Origin: an uncultured Bdellovibrionales bacterium
GTDB taxonomy: Bacteria > Patescibacteriota > Minisyncoccia > Moranbacterales > UBA1568
Assembly (NCBI GenBank): GCA_964500505.1
Contig: CAZCNN010000001.1
Coordinates: forward strand, 66,621 to 130,620
Length of the DNA: 64,000 bases
Direction: 5' to 3'
The notes under the pieces are model-generated. The model was not told the DNA's origin, searched no databases, and was given only the letters and a program-made list of their open reading frames with translations. Of the stretch, positions 37,983 through 47,801 are shown one piece after another. The translations under genes were made by a program, and so were the position numbers. Position 1 is the first letter of the stretch. The number at the start of each line of letters is the position of its first letter.

Positions 37983-38897
37983 TTATACCTTGAGGTAACG
38001 GCGGATGGCGATGCTACTCGAGAGGACGCCTAAGGCGATACCGAGGAGGAGGATGCCGCCAAAGACTGGAAGAAAGAAACTGATATAGAGCCCCATGAAA
38101 TTCCCCTGTGGGATAGCCCCCTCGGTGAGGGGCGAGATGAAATAGGCGGCCCCAAAGAGAGCGACGGCAGTAGCGAGAGCAGCCGCGATGCCGTAGAACA
38201 CTCCTTCGAAGACAAAGGGCATCCGGACATAGATGTTCGACGCACCGACCAAGCGCATGATTTCAAACTCCTGGCGGTGTGAGTAGATAGTGATCCGGAT
38301 CGTATTGAAGGTGATAAGGACCGCGATAAAGATAAAAGCAGCACCGAGGCCCAAACCAATCTTCTGGGTAGTCTGGTTGATGCGCTCAAGATTGGCAAAA
38401 ATCTTTTTGTTCTTGTCGTAGTTGATGCGACTGATATCACTCTGAAAGGTCGAACGCTCCAGCTGATTGACGATGACCTCGTAGTACTCTGGGGCCACGG
38501 CCTTGATGACGAGGGACGCCAGGAGCGGATTCTCCCCTATTTCTTCGATAGCCTGGGTGACCGCCGCGTTATTCTTGTTTTCAGCGAGGAACGTCTCAAG
38601 CGCTGCGTCACGAGAAACATATTCGACTGAAGAGATTTCCTTTTTGTATTTGGAGAGCTCGTCACGGATCTCAAGCATGCGGTATTCTGGGACGTCAGGG
38701 TTGAATGAGACGTTGATGCTCACTTTGTCGCGCATGTTCTGGAGCATGTAGTGAGTGGTCAGTCCGAGGAGCGACGAGATGCCCACGATAAAGAGTGAGA
38801 GCGTCAAGATACTGACCGTGGCAAATGACAACCAACCGTTGCGACGGAAGTTTTGCCACCCTTCACGAAATGTTCGCCACAGTTTGAGAGTCTTCAT
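37983..38897 (-). CDS. ftsX: cell division permease FtsX
   Basis: 4-TM topology with a large periplasmic loop. Lies downstream of ftsE. Confidence 0.85.
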   Translation of the reverse strand: MKTLKLWRTFREGWQNFRRNGWLSFATVSILTLSLFIVGISSLLGLTTHYMLQNMRDKVSINVSFNPDVPEYRMLEIRDELSKYKKEISSVEYVSRDAALETFLAENKNNAAVTQAIEEIGENPLLASLVIKAVAPEYYEVIVNQLERSTFQSDISRINYDKNKKIFANLERINQTTQKIGLGLGAAFIFIAVLITFNTIRITIYSHRQEFEIMRLVGASNIYVRMPFVFEGVFYGIAAALATAVALFGAAYFISPLTEGAIPQGNFMGLYISFFLPVFGGILLLGIALGVLSSSIAIRRYLKV

Positions 38898-38930
38898 ACC
38901 AAAAGAGAACCGCTTATCACTTATGTTTGT

Positions 38931-39632
38931 TTATTGTAGCATATATTTCCCCTTGCTCTCGTCATGGGCGATGCGACCACCATTCACGATGATGACGCGC
39001 TTGCCGAGTTTGTCGACGATACCCTTGTTGTGAGTCGCGAGGATCACCGTAGTTCCAAATGAGTTTATCTCGAGAAGAAGTCGGATGATTTCATTCGATG
39101 AGACTGGATCGAGGTTGCCGGTCGGTTCGTCAGCGATGATGACCTTGGGACGATGGATGAGAGCCCGAGCGAGGGAGACGCGCTGTTGCTCTCCACCAGA
39201 GAGTTCCTTGGGGAACTGGTGCATCTTGGTACCAAGACCGACAATCTCAAGGATTTCTGGCACTTCGGCATCAATTTCTTCCTGACTACGACCATCGACT
39301 TCAAGGGCATAGGCGACGTTTTCAAAGGCCGTCTTGTTCGGCAATAGTTTGAAGTCCTGAAACACTGTCCCGATATTGCGTCGATAAAATGGCAGGTGCT
39401 TGCGGTTTATGGCGCTGAGGGGTCGCTCGTTGAAGTAGACTTCGCCCTCAGTCGGCATTTCCTCAGCGTAGATGAGCTTGAGGAGTGTCGACTTGCCGAC
39501 CCCACTCGCCCCGACGAGTGAGAGGAATTCGCCCGGATAAATAACCAAATTCACCTTGTTCAGAACAGGAGTATTTTCGAGATACGTCTTGGTGACATTT
39601 TCAAATCGGATGATTGGCTTCTGTTCGGGCAT
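38931..39632 (-). CDS. ftsE: cell division ATP-binding protein FtsE
   Basis: Walker [13 protein letters not shown] signature LSGGEQQR. Confidence 0.9.
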   Translation of the reverse strand: MPEQKPIIRFENVTKTYLENTPVLNKVNLVIYPGEFLSLVGASGVGKSTLLKLIYAEEMPTEGEVYFNERPLSAINRKHLPFYRRNIGTVFQDFKLLPNKTAFENVAYALEVDGRSQEEIDAEVPEILEIVGLGTKMHQFPKELSGGEQQRVSLARALIHRPKVIIADEPTGNLDPVSSNEIIRLLLEINSFGTTVILATHNKGIVDKLGKRVIIVNGGRIAHDESKGKYMLQ

Positions 39633-39650
39633 AAGATTATATATTTGCTA

Positions 39651-40737
39651 TTAGTTTGTTTTGAGATAACGTAGGGTGCTTTCGATAAAGGGTTCGAGGC
39701 CACCATCTAGGACCTTACTGGTATCGCTCGTCTCGACGTTGGTGCGGTGATCTTTGACCATGGTATAGGGATGGAGCACGTAGGAACGGATTTGATTCCC
39801 CCACTCGGCACTTTTGAACTCACCTCGGAGCGCTCGTTTAGCCTCGGCCTCAGCCTCCAATTTTTGCTGGAGGAGTTTGGAGCGGAGGAGCTTCATCGCT
39901 TGCTCACGATTCTGGAGTTGCGAGCGTTCGGTCTGGCAGGCGACGACGGTGTTCGTAGCGAGATGCGTGATGCGCACAGCACTCTCGGTCTTGTTGACGT
40001 TTTGCCCCCCTGCCCCTGATGAGCGGTAGGTATCGATGCGCAGGTCCTCGGGTTTGAGGACAATAGCCGTGTCATCATTTTCAATCACCGGCATCACTTC
40101 AACCGAAGCAAATGACGTCTGCCGAAGCGAGTTGGCATTGAACGGTGAGAGTCGCACCAACCGATGAATTCCTGCTTCACCACGGAGATAGCCGTAGGCG
40201 TAGGCGCCATCGATTTCGAGCGTCACACTTTTGATACCAGCTTCACCACCTCGAGTCTCATCGAGGACGCTCGAGCGGAAACCATTTTGCTCAGCATAAC
40301 GGAGATACATGCGCATAAGCATTTCAGCCCAGTCCTGGGCATCGACACCGCCGGCGCCACTCCGTACCGTGAGGAGAGCCGATGCACTATCATACTCCCC
40401 ACCGAGGAGGGTCCGGAACTCAAGCGAGCGAATCGTCTCCTCAGCACTCTCATACTCCGGTGTGATGAGGGACATGTCGACCCCCTCCTCCTCGGCAAAG
40501 AGCGCGAGGTTCGCGAGAGTGTCGCGAAGCGTATCAAAAGACTGGCGTTCGCGCTGGAGCATCTCTATTTCTTGCATCACCCGTCCAGCCTTTTTAGGGT
40601 CATCCCAAAACGACGGGCTCTCACTCTCTTTCTTGAGGACAGTGACCCGCTCGGCCTTTTTGGCAAAGTCAAAGATAGTCCTGGAGCTCCAGGAGTTTTT
40701 GTTGAAGAACGGCGACTTTTTGACTCATGTCATTCAT
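39651..40737 (-). CDS. prfB: peptide chain release factor 2, expressed via programmed +1 frameshift at CTT TGA C (about 40669-40674)
   Basis: A 22-codon frame-0 ORF MNDMSQKVAVLQQKLLELQDYL ends TAT CTT TGA C. The +1 frame continues through the SPF and GGQ motifs to 39651. Confidence 0.85.
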
Positions 40738-40976
40738 AGGAAAAGTATACCATATTCCGCCCTGCTCTTGAACCTTTTCCAGAACTGCGCTAGACTTTCC
40801 GAAGCAATGCCGATGTAGCTCACCTGCCCGCAATGCTACGCATAAGCGTTGCAGGCGAGGTTGGTACCCGCCCGAACGTACCCCGCCAGAATGACATTCA
40901 TGTCGGGCTGGCGTTCGGTACGGACGGGGAGCGGCGCATTCGCTTGCCCCGTCACATTTTTGAGCCAGCATAACAA

Positions 40977-41049
40977 GCCACCTTAGCTCAGTTGGCAGAG
41001 CGGCGCACTCGTAACGCGCAGGTCTCCAGTTCGATCCTGGAAGGTGGCT
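40977..41049 (+). tRNA. tRNA-Thr (anticodon CGT)
   Basis: Manual cloverleaf: GCCACCU/AGGUGGC acceptor, D-arm GCTCAGTTGGCAGAGC, loop CUCGUAA, T-arm TCCAGTTCGATCCTGGA. Confidence 0.85.
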
Positions 41050-41063
41050 CAAAAGTAAATGTG

Positions 41064-41108
41064 ACTGGGGTAACGCCAAGGTCCGGAGTTCGATCCTCCG
41101 AGACGGCT
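41064..41108 (+). pseudogene. orphan tRNA 3' half (anticodon-loop remnant GGT + variable AGGTC + T-arm CGGAGTTCGATCCTCCG + acceptor 3' strand AGACGGC)
   Basis: No complementary 5' acceptor strand or D-arm upstream. Lies 14 nt after tRNA-Thr. Confidence 0.45.
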
Positions 41109-41186
41109 CTCAGAAAATAACGAACAGGTCTCACCGGTCATCGGCTCCATAGAAAAAACGCCTTCATGAAGGCGTTTTTTGATGAG

Positions 41187-42224
41187 TCATTTCGCTAATT
41201 CGGTTTCGATGGCAGATTGGATGTCCTCACGGCTGACAGCGCCGTCGAGGAACGTACCGTTCACGAAGGTGGTTGGAGTCGCTGTGATGTTGAGAGCCGA
41301 CGCTTCTTCCTTATCACGAGCTACTTGTTCACTCGGACCACTGGTTGGGAGGCAGGCAGTAAAAGCCCGACCGTCGAGCTTGAGCCACCAAGCATAGTCT
41401 TTGAACTTCTGCGTGCCCTTGGCTTTGCTCCACTCCCCTTGCTTGGCAAAGAGATAGTCAGCATACACATCAAACTTACCCTGCGCATGAGCACAGAGTG
41501 AGGCGACGGCAGCATTCTCGGCCTGGGCATGAAACGACAATGGCAAGTGTTTGTAGACTACCCGGACCTGATCGCCAAATGGCACGACAGCTTGCTTGAG
41601 GGTTTCACGGTAGGTGCCACAGTGGGTACACTCAAAGTCAGTATAGGTGACGATAGTGACGGGAGCATCTGCTCCACCACGGACGATGTCCCCCTCTCCA
41701 ACAGTTGGTAGCTTGAGGTAGCGCCCGGCCGGGAGTCCAATCCGACTCATGTCAAAGAAATACTGACCATCCTGTCCGGCGAAGAGACTGGAGGCCTGAG
41801 AATAGAAATTGGTATGGAGGATGTCTTTCGAAAAGATAAAAGCTGGGAGAGTCACAATATCAAATCGTTCGGCCAAACGCTTCCCGTACTCATCACCGAT
41901 GTCGACCCGGACCGCATCGAGGGTCGGGATGACACGACGGAGCCACACCAGGGCCTCGTTCGGGTCACAAGCATCACAGTTTTTGTCGGTAATAACTGTG
42001 AGCTCAACTTTGGGATCGGCATAGCCCACCCAAGTCTTGTCGTTCGTTTCGAGGACATTGTGAGTTTTGGTGGCATAGGAAGAGAATCCCTCACCACTCA
42101 CCAGCTGAACAAAATCCACTACGAGGCTGCCGAGAAACAATCCACCCAAGATGATAGCGAGCGCCAGAAGATTCTGGGCATCATACTTTGGCTTAGCTTC
42201 ACTCGTCTTGGATTCTTCGGTCAT
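41187..42224 (-). CDS. membrane-anchored tandem thioredoxin-fold DsbA-like thiol:disulfide oxidoreductase
   Basis: N-terminal TM helix. Two CxxC motifs (CDAC, CTHC) in two Trx-like domains. Confidence 0.7.
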   Translation of the reverse strand: MTEESKTSEAKPKYDAQNLLALAIILGGLFLGSLVVDFVQLVSGEGFSSYATKTHNVLETNDKTWVGYADPKVELTVITDKNCDACDPNEALVWLRRVIPTLDAVRVDIGDEYGKRLAERFDIVTLPAFIFSKDILHTNFYSQASSLFAGQDGQYFFDMSRIGLPAGRYLKLPTVGEGDIVRGGADAPVTIVTYTDFECTHCGTYRETLKQAVVPFGDQVRVVYKHLPLSFHAQAENAAVASLCAHAQGKFDVYADYLFAKQGEWSKAKGTQKFKDYAWWLKLDGRAFTACLPTSGPSEQVARDKEEASALNITATPTTFVNGTFLDGAVSREDIQSAIETELAK

Positions 42225-42234
42225 ACGGGTGATA

Positions 42235-42555
42235 TTACTCAGTTACTGCCTCGGCGCAAGACTCTCCTTGTGGAGCTACAGACCGCTTTGTACTCGATGT
42301 GCTGGTGCGGATCAGTTCTTTTTCGAGGAGATTCAGATCGAGCGTACCAGCACGGCTCGTCAGGCGATAATCATCGTACCCGATAGTGAGGCGATCATTG
42401 GCTACGGATTTGATACCAGCACCAAGAAGCGTCGCTATGAGAAACAGGATGGCGAGCGCTCGGGGCGTATATTCTCGTTTAGTGGCATGACCAAGGATGG
42501 TCCTGAGTCGGAGGAGTTGCTTTTTACCTCTTGCGAGCCACAGTGCCAAGTCCAT
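42235..42555 (-). CDS. small single-TM hypothetical protein
   Basis: Start at MDLALWLARGKK. Confidence 0.4.
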   Translation of the reverse strand: MDLALWLARGKKQLLRLRTILGHATKREYTPRALAILFLIATLLGAGIKSVANDRLTIGYDDYRLTSRAGTLDLNLLEKELIRTSTSSTKRSVAPQGESCAEAVTE

Positions 42556-42690
42556 AGGGTATGAAGTTTGAAGAATCACCGTATCATACTGGTCAGTTTT
42601 TGACAATCCCTTCGACAGGCTCAGGATCAACCCTTCGACTGCGCTCAGGGTAAAGAAAAAGCACCTGGGCTAAAAGCGCAGGTGCAGAGG

Positions 42691-43455
42691 CTACTTCTTA
42701 AGGGCGTCTGGGGTGCGGATGGTTTGCCACTCGCCGTCCTTGGCCGGGCCGTACCACCGCGAGAGGTGGCCCTCGCAGTTGTTGCTCTTCTGACAGGTGG
42801 CATCAAACTCGTTGTAGAAGGATCCAATCTCGCGCCAGTAGTCGATACCCATTTGGAGGCGCGCAAACCCAGTGAGCTTGACTTCCATTTCAACCAAGTA
42901 GTTCATACCAGGCTTGATGGCGACCTTGGGGTCGGTCCAACCATGGAATATGCGGGATGGGGCTCCGGCGAGGTCAATGACGAGATTCGATACATCGCTT
43001 GAAAGAATCGAGCCAGCCTTCTCCGAGCTCCCTGCATACCAACGAGGAGTGCGCGGATAGAGTTCGCCGCCAAAGCGGAAATTTCCCTTCTTCTTGGAAA
43101 AGTCCGTGACTTCGCTCACCACCGCTTCGATCCCTGTTTCAGGATTGCGCTCAATGAGGCGAATAGCCTTGATCGTGAGCTTGGCTTCTTGGCCGGGTTG
43201 CATCGGGCATGGCGCGACGCTCACGACCTGCATCAGTGCCAACACAGCGTGGAAATTCTCTGGTGCTGACTTCCGCCACACCACCTCGCTACGATGTTGC
43301 GCACCGAACGGGACGTCGAACAAACTAGTGACGGCCGGTGCCTTTTCATTGAAAGCACAGATGACCTGAGTAGTCTCGAGTGATTGCCCGTACGACCGCA
43401 CACCAAAGGTGATGAGACCGATGAGAACAGCGAATAGTATCCAGGTTCTTTTCAT
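42691..43455 (-). CDS. secreted hypothetical protein (signal peptide, 6 Cys)
   Basis: SD aaggag. Signal peptide MKRTWILFAVLIGLITFGVRSYG. Confidence 0.5.
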   Translation of the reverse strand: MKRTWILFAVLIGLITFGVRSYGQSLETTQVICAFNEKAPAVTSLFDVPFGAQHRSEVVWRKSAPENFHAVLALMQVVSVAPCPMQPGQEAKLTIKAIRLIERNPETGIEAVVSEVTDFSKKKGNFRFGGELYPRTPRWYAGSSEKAGSILSSDVSNLVIDLAGAPSRIFHGWTDPKVAIKPGMNYLVEMEVKLTGFARLQMGIDYWREIGSFYNEFDATCQKSNNCEGHLSRWYGPAKDGEWQTIRTPDALKK

Positions 43456-43512
43456 GACTGACTCCTTGTTAAGGAAGTTTGGTGTCGTTTCAAAAGGCGA
43501 CTGTATATTGAA

Positions 43513-43869
43513 TCACGCTTTGTCATGACTGTCAAGGAGGTCGATGTTGTCGAGAACACTGTCCAAATCATCGATACTTCGCGAGCCGATACCATCAGCC
43601 TTGCACGATGGATTATCGAGTTCAGAGCGCACTTTCTCCACGACTGATATCGGAGCTACCCCTCGGATAATATTGTCGTTTACGGCGATATTTGGGCCAA
43701 TACCACATCCGGAGAGACAGCGGGAAGCTGGCATCACGAGGGCCTCCTCAGGGGCAAATCCAAGCTTGAGAGCACGCAATACGTTCTCGGCGCCCCTTTG
43801 GCGACAACTAGGCTCGAGACAGACCTTGATAGTCGCACGAGCGTCTGGTTTTGGGGTGGTATCATTCAT
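43513..43869 (-). CDS. thioredoxin-like [2Fe-2S] ferredoxin (NuoE-like)
   Basis: C-x4-C ... C-SGCG-x-GP pattern. Start probably at MNDTTPK, since the 43980 start is GTG with a weak SD. Confidence 0.65.
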   Translation of the reverse strand: MNDTTPKPDARATIKVCLEPSCRQRGAENVLRALKLGFAPEEALVMPASRCLSGCGIGPNIAVNDNIIRGVAPISVVEKVRSELDNPSCKADGIGSRSIDDLDSVLDNIDLLDSHDKA

Positions 43870-44016
43870 ATCGACATACTCTACCACGATTTCTCTATCT
43901 TGACCACGTCGCTCGCTTGCCACGGTCGTTCGCGTAACGACGATGGCGAGCGACAGTGGTTGACAATCCCTCTTGAGCACGGTATATAGTCTCTATCCCC
44001 CCAACTGGAGAGGCAC

Positions 44017-44277
44017 ATGCCAAAAACTGTGGCGTGGACCCCTCCGCTCCCGTCACGTCCCCTGTACTTTGTCTACGCCTGTCGTGCCTGTGGTAGCGAG
44101 CTCGTGTTTATGGAATGGTCTGAACACCCCGATCACCGAGTGTGCGTGACCTGCTTAGAGTCCCTGCTCGCTCGTCCGGGAGTTATTCCTAGGGCTGATA
44201 GGGCGTACTTCCAGCGCCTCATCGAAGCGCAACAATCAAGGAGGCAGGTGATGACCATCGACCCGAAGCGGCAGTGA
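44017..44277 (+). CDS. small zinc-ribbon-like protein
   Basis: CRACGSE...CVTC. Confidence 0.4.
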   Translation: MPKTVAWTPPLPSRPLYFVYACRACGSELVFMEWSEHPDHRVCVTCLESLLARPGVIPRADRAYFQRLIEAQQSRRQVMTIDPKRQ

Positions 44278-44380
44278 CTGCCTCGGGATTATTTTTTGTT
44301 TGACTTTGGACCCGAGGAAGCATATAAAGTAGGTATGTCCGGTCCGCCGGTTCGTTGACAACCCCAGATGGAGACACATC

Positions 44381-44926
44381 ATGTCGTATGTCTGTACCGG
44401 GGCTCGTGTTTTCGTCCCCGGCCTCAACTCTCACGAATCAGAGACCGCAGCCTGGCGAAACTTTCTTGAGAATCAAATTCGTACGGTGTACGGTCCTGGT
44501 AGGATGCTCTACTGGGAGCATATGCTCTATCGAGTACTTGCCTTTTCTTCCAAGGGTAGCGCACACTGGGAATTCGATGATGTTCCCGCGCTCTTTCTTG
44601 AAGTCCTTGTCGGTTCCATGGGCACCGAACGTCGACTCATTGTCTCTGACAAGAGGCTCTACCAACGTGCGAGACAAGCCTTTCCTGAAGCAGTCGCAAG
44701 CCTCGTCGAGATCGCCACAGAAAACAATTACCTTTCTATCGAATTACCACTGCTCGAAACCGAAGAGATTGAGCTTGATGTCACATCAACACTCAGTTTG
44801 TTTGGCTTCCAGCTCATAGCAAGACGGACTGGCAATTCACTTGCTTCAAACGTCTATCGCTGGTACTCCCCGCGACAGCGAGCGCTGGTCACTTGGCCAC
44901 CAGATGACGCCTGCCCATTCGGATGA
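44381..44926 (+). CDS. hypothetical protein
   Basis: 181 aa. A promoter-like ttgact-17-tataaa lies upstream. Confidence 0.45.
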   Translation: MSYVCTGARVFVPGLNSHESETAAWRNFLENQIRTVYGPGRMLYWEHMLYRVLAFSSKGSAHWEFDDVPALFLEVLVGSMGTERRLIVSDKRLYQRARQAFPEAVASLVEIATENNYLSIELPLLETEEIELDVTSTLSLFGFQLIARRTGNSLASNVYRWYSPRQRALVTWPPDDACPFG

Positions 44927-44968
44927 AGGTGCCCACATCACGGTTCGGGATTCCCGGGCCGTTTTTTC

Positions 44969-45853
44969 TTACTCAATCCCCTTTTCCATTTCTGTTGTCA
45001 CCACTGGTACCGGCATAGATTTTTTGGGGAAGTTCACGAGGGTTGCGATTATGAGAACCAGCGTAAAGGCAAACGGCATTCCCATCACTCCAAAGAGTGA
45101 GAGGAGGAGGTGATATCCAAGTGGGAGCGGGAGGAGAAAGAGTCCAGTGAGATAGGCTCGACCATAAGACAGTGAGTACTCTCGATAACGCGCCACGAGT
45201 AAGACAACGACGGCACCCAAGATGAGATAGACGAGATAACCGACAAAATACCATCCGTAGAGTATGAATGGCATGAGACAGAGCCCGATCAGGATGGTGA
45301 GCTTGAGGTAGTGCGAGGCCTGAGCTACAAAATTATTATACGTCGACTCGTCTACAGTAAAAGTCTCGCGTCCCAGCAATCGCGTCAAATCATAGATGCG
45401 GTATTCGCTTTTCTCGGCATTGTAAAACCCAGCACTCTGCTCTCCGAGGATGAACCAGGTATCATGACGGGTAAAATCACTCGTAGAAATTGTCCGGGTC
45501 GTATCGATGACCAGGAGATTCTCAGGCATGTCGGCTTCGGTCGTGCGCCACTCAATTGGGATTGGGATCGTATACGGTTCACTGACATTGGTTGAGACGA
45601 CACCTTGTTTGACCGTGAGCTCCAACTCCTCTGGAAAGAGTACCGTGACGTTCGCTACCTCATGGTCCCAGCGCTCCGAAAGAATCTCATGCACAAATCG
45701 GACGGTCCCCGGGAGGGCGATGACTATTTGGGCGATGACGAGGACACCAATCAGCCCCGCATAAAATTTCAGCCCCTGCTTGAGTGTAAAAGACTGCTCA
45801 ACGAAAAACGCTGGTCGATAGACTTGATCTTTGACCCAGGTCCAGAGTTTCAT
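44969..45853 (-). CDS. hypothetical polytopic membrane protein
   Basis: 294 aa, about 5 TM helices. Confidence 0.5.
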   Translation of the reverse strand: MKLWTWVKDQVYRPAFFVEQSFTLKQGLKFYAGLIGVLVIAQIVIALPGTVRFVHEILSERWDHEVANVTVLFPEELELTVKQGVVSTNVSEPYTIPIPIEWRTTEADMPENLLVIDTTRTISTSDFTRHDTWFILGEQSAGFYNAEKSEYRIYDLTRLLGRETFTVDESTYNNFVAQASHYLKLTILIGLCLMPFILYGWYFVGYLVYLILGAVVVLLVARYREYSLSYGRAYLTGLFLLPLPLGYHLLLSLFGVMGMPFAFTLVLIIATLVNFPKKSMPVPVVTTEMEKGIE

Positions 45854-45871
45854 AGAGTTGACGTAAAGTGA

Positions 45872-46186
45872 TTAGGCCTCAAAACCAATTTTGCTCGTTG
45901 GTCCTTCCGATGGAGTGACGTTGCCAAACTGCGCTTCATACTTGCCGAGATTGTCTGTCATCGCGACGAGGAGGCGTTTGAAATGGCCCGGGTTTAGGAT
46001 AATCCGAGCATTAAGCGTGCCCGTTGGAGGAAACACGTTCAGGAAATCAATCACAAATTCTTCCTGGGTATGGAGGACATTGGCCATGTTGGAGTAGAGT
46101 CCCCGGAGGGCTTCATCACTCGCTTTGATCTGGACCTGCCTTGGCGATGCATCTTCGACGGGTTTGTTCGGCGATTCTTGGGTCAT
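45872..46186 (-). CDS. small hypothetical protein (DUF3467-like?)
   Basis: 104 aa. ANVLHTQEEFVIDF block. Confidence 0.4.
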   Translation of the reverse strand: MTQESPNKPVEDASPRQVQIKASDEALRGLYSNMANVLHTQEEFVIDFLNVFPPTGTLNARIILNPGHFKRLLVAMTDNLGKYEAQFGNVTPSEGPTSKIGFEA

Positions 46187-46302
46187 ACGATGAGGTAAAG
46201 CAGTTACGCCTTATTATACCACTTTCTGACTCTCTCGCTTGACAAAAGACCTGTTTGCGAGACAATGCAGGCATCTTCACCACCCTTCGGAAAGGAATCG
46301 TG

Positions 46303-46608
46303 ATGAACGCCACTGTTCCTGCCGTCCTCAAGACAAAGGACATCCGGAGGGACACGCTCCAAAAACTGGAGGGGTTATTGGAACTACTTTTCGAGAGTAG
46401 TCCTGACTTACCAAATATCCGGAAAGAGCCAGGTGTCGAATATATCCACCTGGAAGACGTCTATCGCCAGTACCTCTATTTTCTTCATGCTTGGGCGCTT
46501 TCCACTCAGAGGTATCTGCTCCAACACAGCGAAATTCGCGCTGTATTTCTGAAGGTCGCTGCCAAGCACGATAAGATCACAACCATGCAGACCACCCCAT
46601 CCCGGTAA
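46303..46608 (+). CDS. hypothetical protein
   Basis: SD aagga before the ATG at 46303. Followed by the terminator ccggtaaacttgaccgg + T-run. Confidence 0.45.
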   Translation: MNATVPAVLKTKDIRRDTLQKLEGLLELLFESSPDLPNIRKEPGVEYIHLEDVYRQYLYFLHAWALSTQRYLLQHSEIRAVFLKVAAKHDKITTMQTTPSR

Positions 46609-46641
46609 ACTTGACCGGGTTTTTTCTTGCTAATATTTTAA

Positions 46642-46661
46642 TTACGTAATGAGTTACGTAA
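46642..46661. promoter_or_regulatory. palindrome pair TTACGTAA-N4-TTACGTAA
   Basis: ttacgtaa tgag ttacgtaa. Lies between a terminator and TTGACC/TTGACG promoter elements. Confidence 0.4.
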
Positions 46662-46758
46662 TTCTTCTTTCACTTGACCATTGACGAAGGCGGCAATTCA
46701 TGCGAAGGTATGAACAATCAACAAGAAAATTCTTGTTGCAAACCACACTGGAGGTGCG

Positions 46759-47112
46759 ATGAATTGGAAAATTGAGCGAGCACACCAAGAGCTCCCGGCC
46801 GAGTTGGCCATCTTTGCCCGACGAGCGTTCGTCCGCAGTTGTGAAAGGGTGTACGGAGTGGCAGTACCCATCAAGCACGTCGTTGCCTGTACCTTTCAAC
46901 GGAGCAAGCAACAGCCGTTCTTCCTCCTCGCCTGGCAAACCGAAGACCTCATGAGAACGCTCGCTTTGGGGCATTTCTATCGCACCCAATTGGGAGGACA
47001 AGTGATGCTACGCTTCCTCCAAACGGAAACATGGGAGCGTGTCCCAGTCGACCGAGCTCGTCGGGATGTCTATTTCAACGTAAGAGGCTTTCCCGCGATT
47101 ACCGAGCCCTGA
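46759..47112 (+). CDS. hypothetical protein
   Basis: SD ggaggtg. 117 aa. Confidence 0.5.
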   Translation: MNWKIERAHQELPAELAIFARRAFVRSCERVYGVAVPIKHVVACTFQRSKQQPFFLLAWQTEDLMRTLALGHFYRTQLGGQVMLRFLQTETWERVPVDRARRDVYFNVRGFPAITEP

Positions 47113-47163
47113 GCCACCCACCGCCGACCCTAAACTGAGGGCCGGCCTTTTTCTTTATTACAA

Positions 47164-47694
47164 TTATTTTGTCACCGATATTTCGGCTGAATTAAATAGT
47201 ACGGAGAAATCTTCACACCACGTGAGAGCATAGCGATACTGTGAGATATCTATCCCCTTCGGTACAGTGTAATTGATATTGCCCTCCGTCCCTTTGATAG
47301 GTCCGAGGTCGACATACTCTTTGGCCGCCAAGTCCTTGGCGAGATAGACTCTCACATCGGGACCGTTGATGGTTTTGTAGTTTTCATACCGGAGAATCGT
47401 TTCGTCGGCATTCCGCACGATGCGGACAACACCCGAAGCAGGATGAGCCGGAGTATCTACGATGGGAAATGGTCCAGATATAAATGGCACGGACTCTCTA
47501 CTTGGATTCGGCTCTCCGACCGCTATCGACGGAGTTGCCTCGGTTGATTCCTTCTCTATCGGTACCACTATGGGCAAATCATCATTCACCACTTTATTAT
47601 CGAAAAGCGGTGACAGTGCATACCAGGCAACCCCTACGATGACTGACACACCAAGCGCAATCAAAATGTGCTTCTTTTGTATACCGGCATTCAT
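47164..47694 (-). CDS. membrane-anchored DM13-like domain protein
   Basis: Start at MNAGIQKK. C-terminal NGPDVRVYL...YALTWCEDFSVLF resembles the DM13 electron-transfer domain. Confidence 0.45.
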   Translation of the reverse strand: MNAGIQKKHILIALGVSVIVGVAWYALSPLFDNKVVNDDLPIVVPIEKESTEATPSIAVGEPNPSRESVPFISGPFPIVDTPAHPASGVVRIVRNADETILRYENYKTINGPDVRVYLAKDLAAKEYVDLGPIKGTEGNINYTVPKGIDISQYRYALTWCEDFSVLFNSAEISVTK

Positions 47695-47801
47695 ATGTTC
47701 TAGTCGAAAATAAATTAGCAGTACATTCTTCAATTGTGTTGACAATGCCCCTTTGTTACTGGCATTATACCACCAATCAACATGAACCTTAACAAGGAGA
47801 C

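Noticed and set aside
43544-43903. 119-aa + strand ORF
   Set aside because: It is antisense to the [2Fe-2S] ferredoxin gene, which has the conserved Cys pattern. It has no SD.
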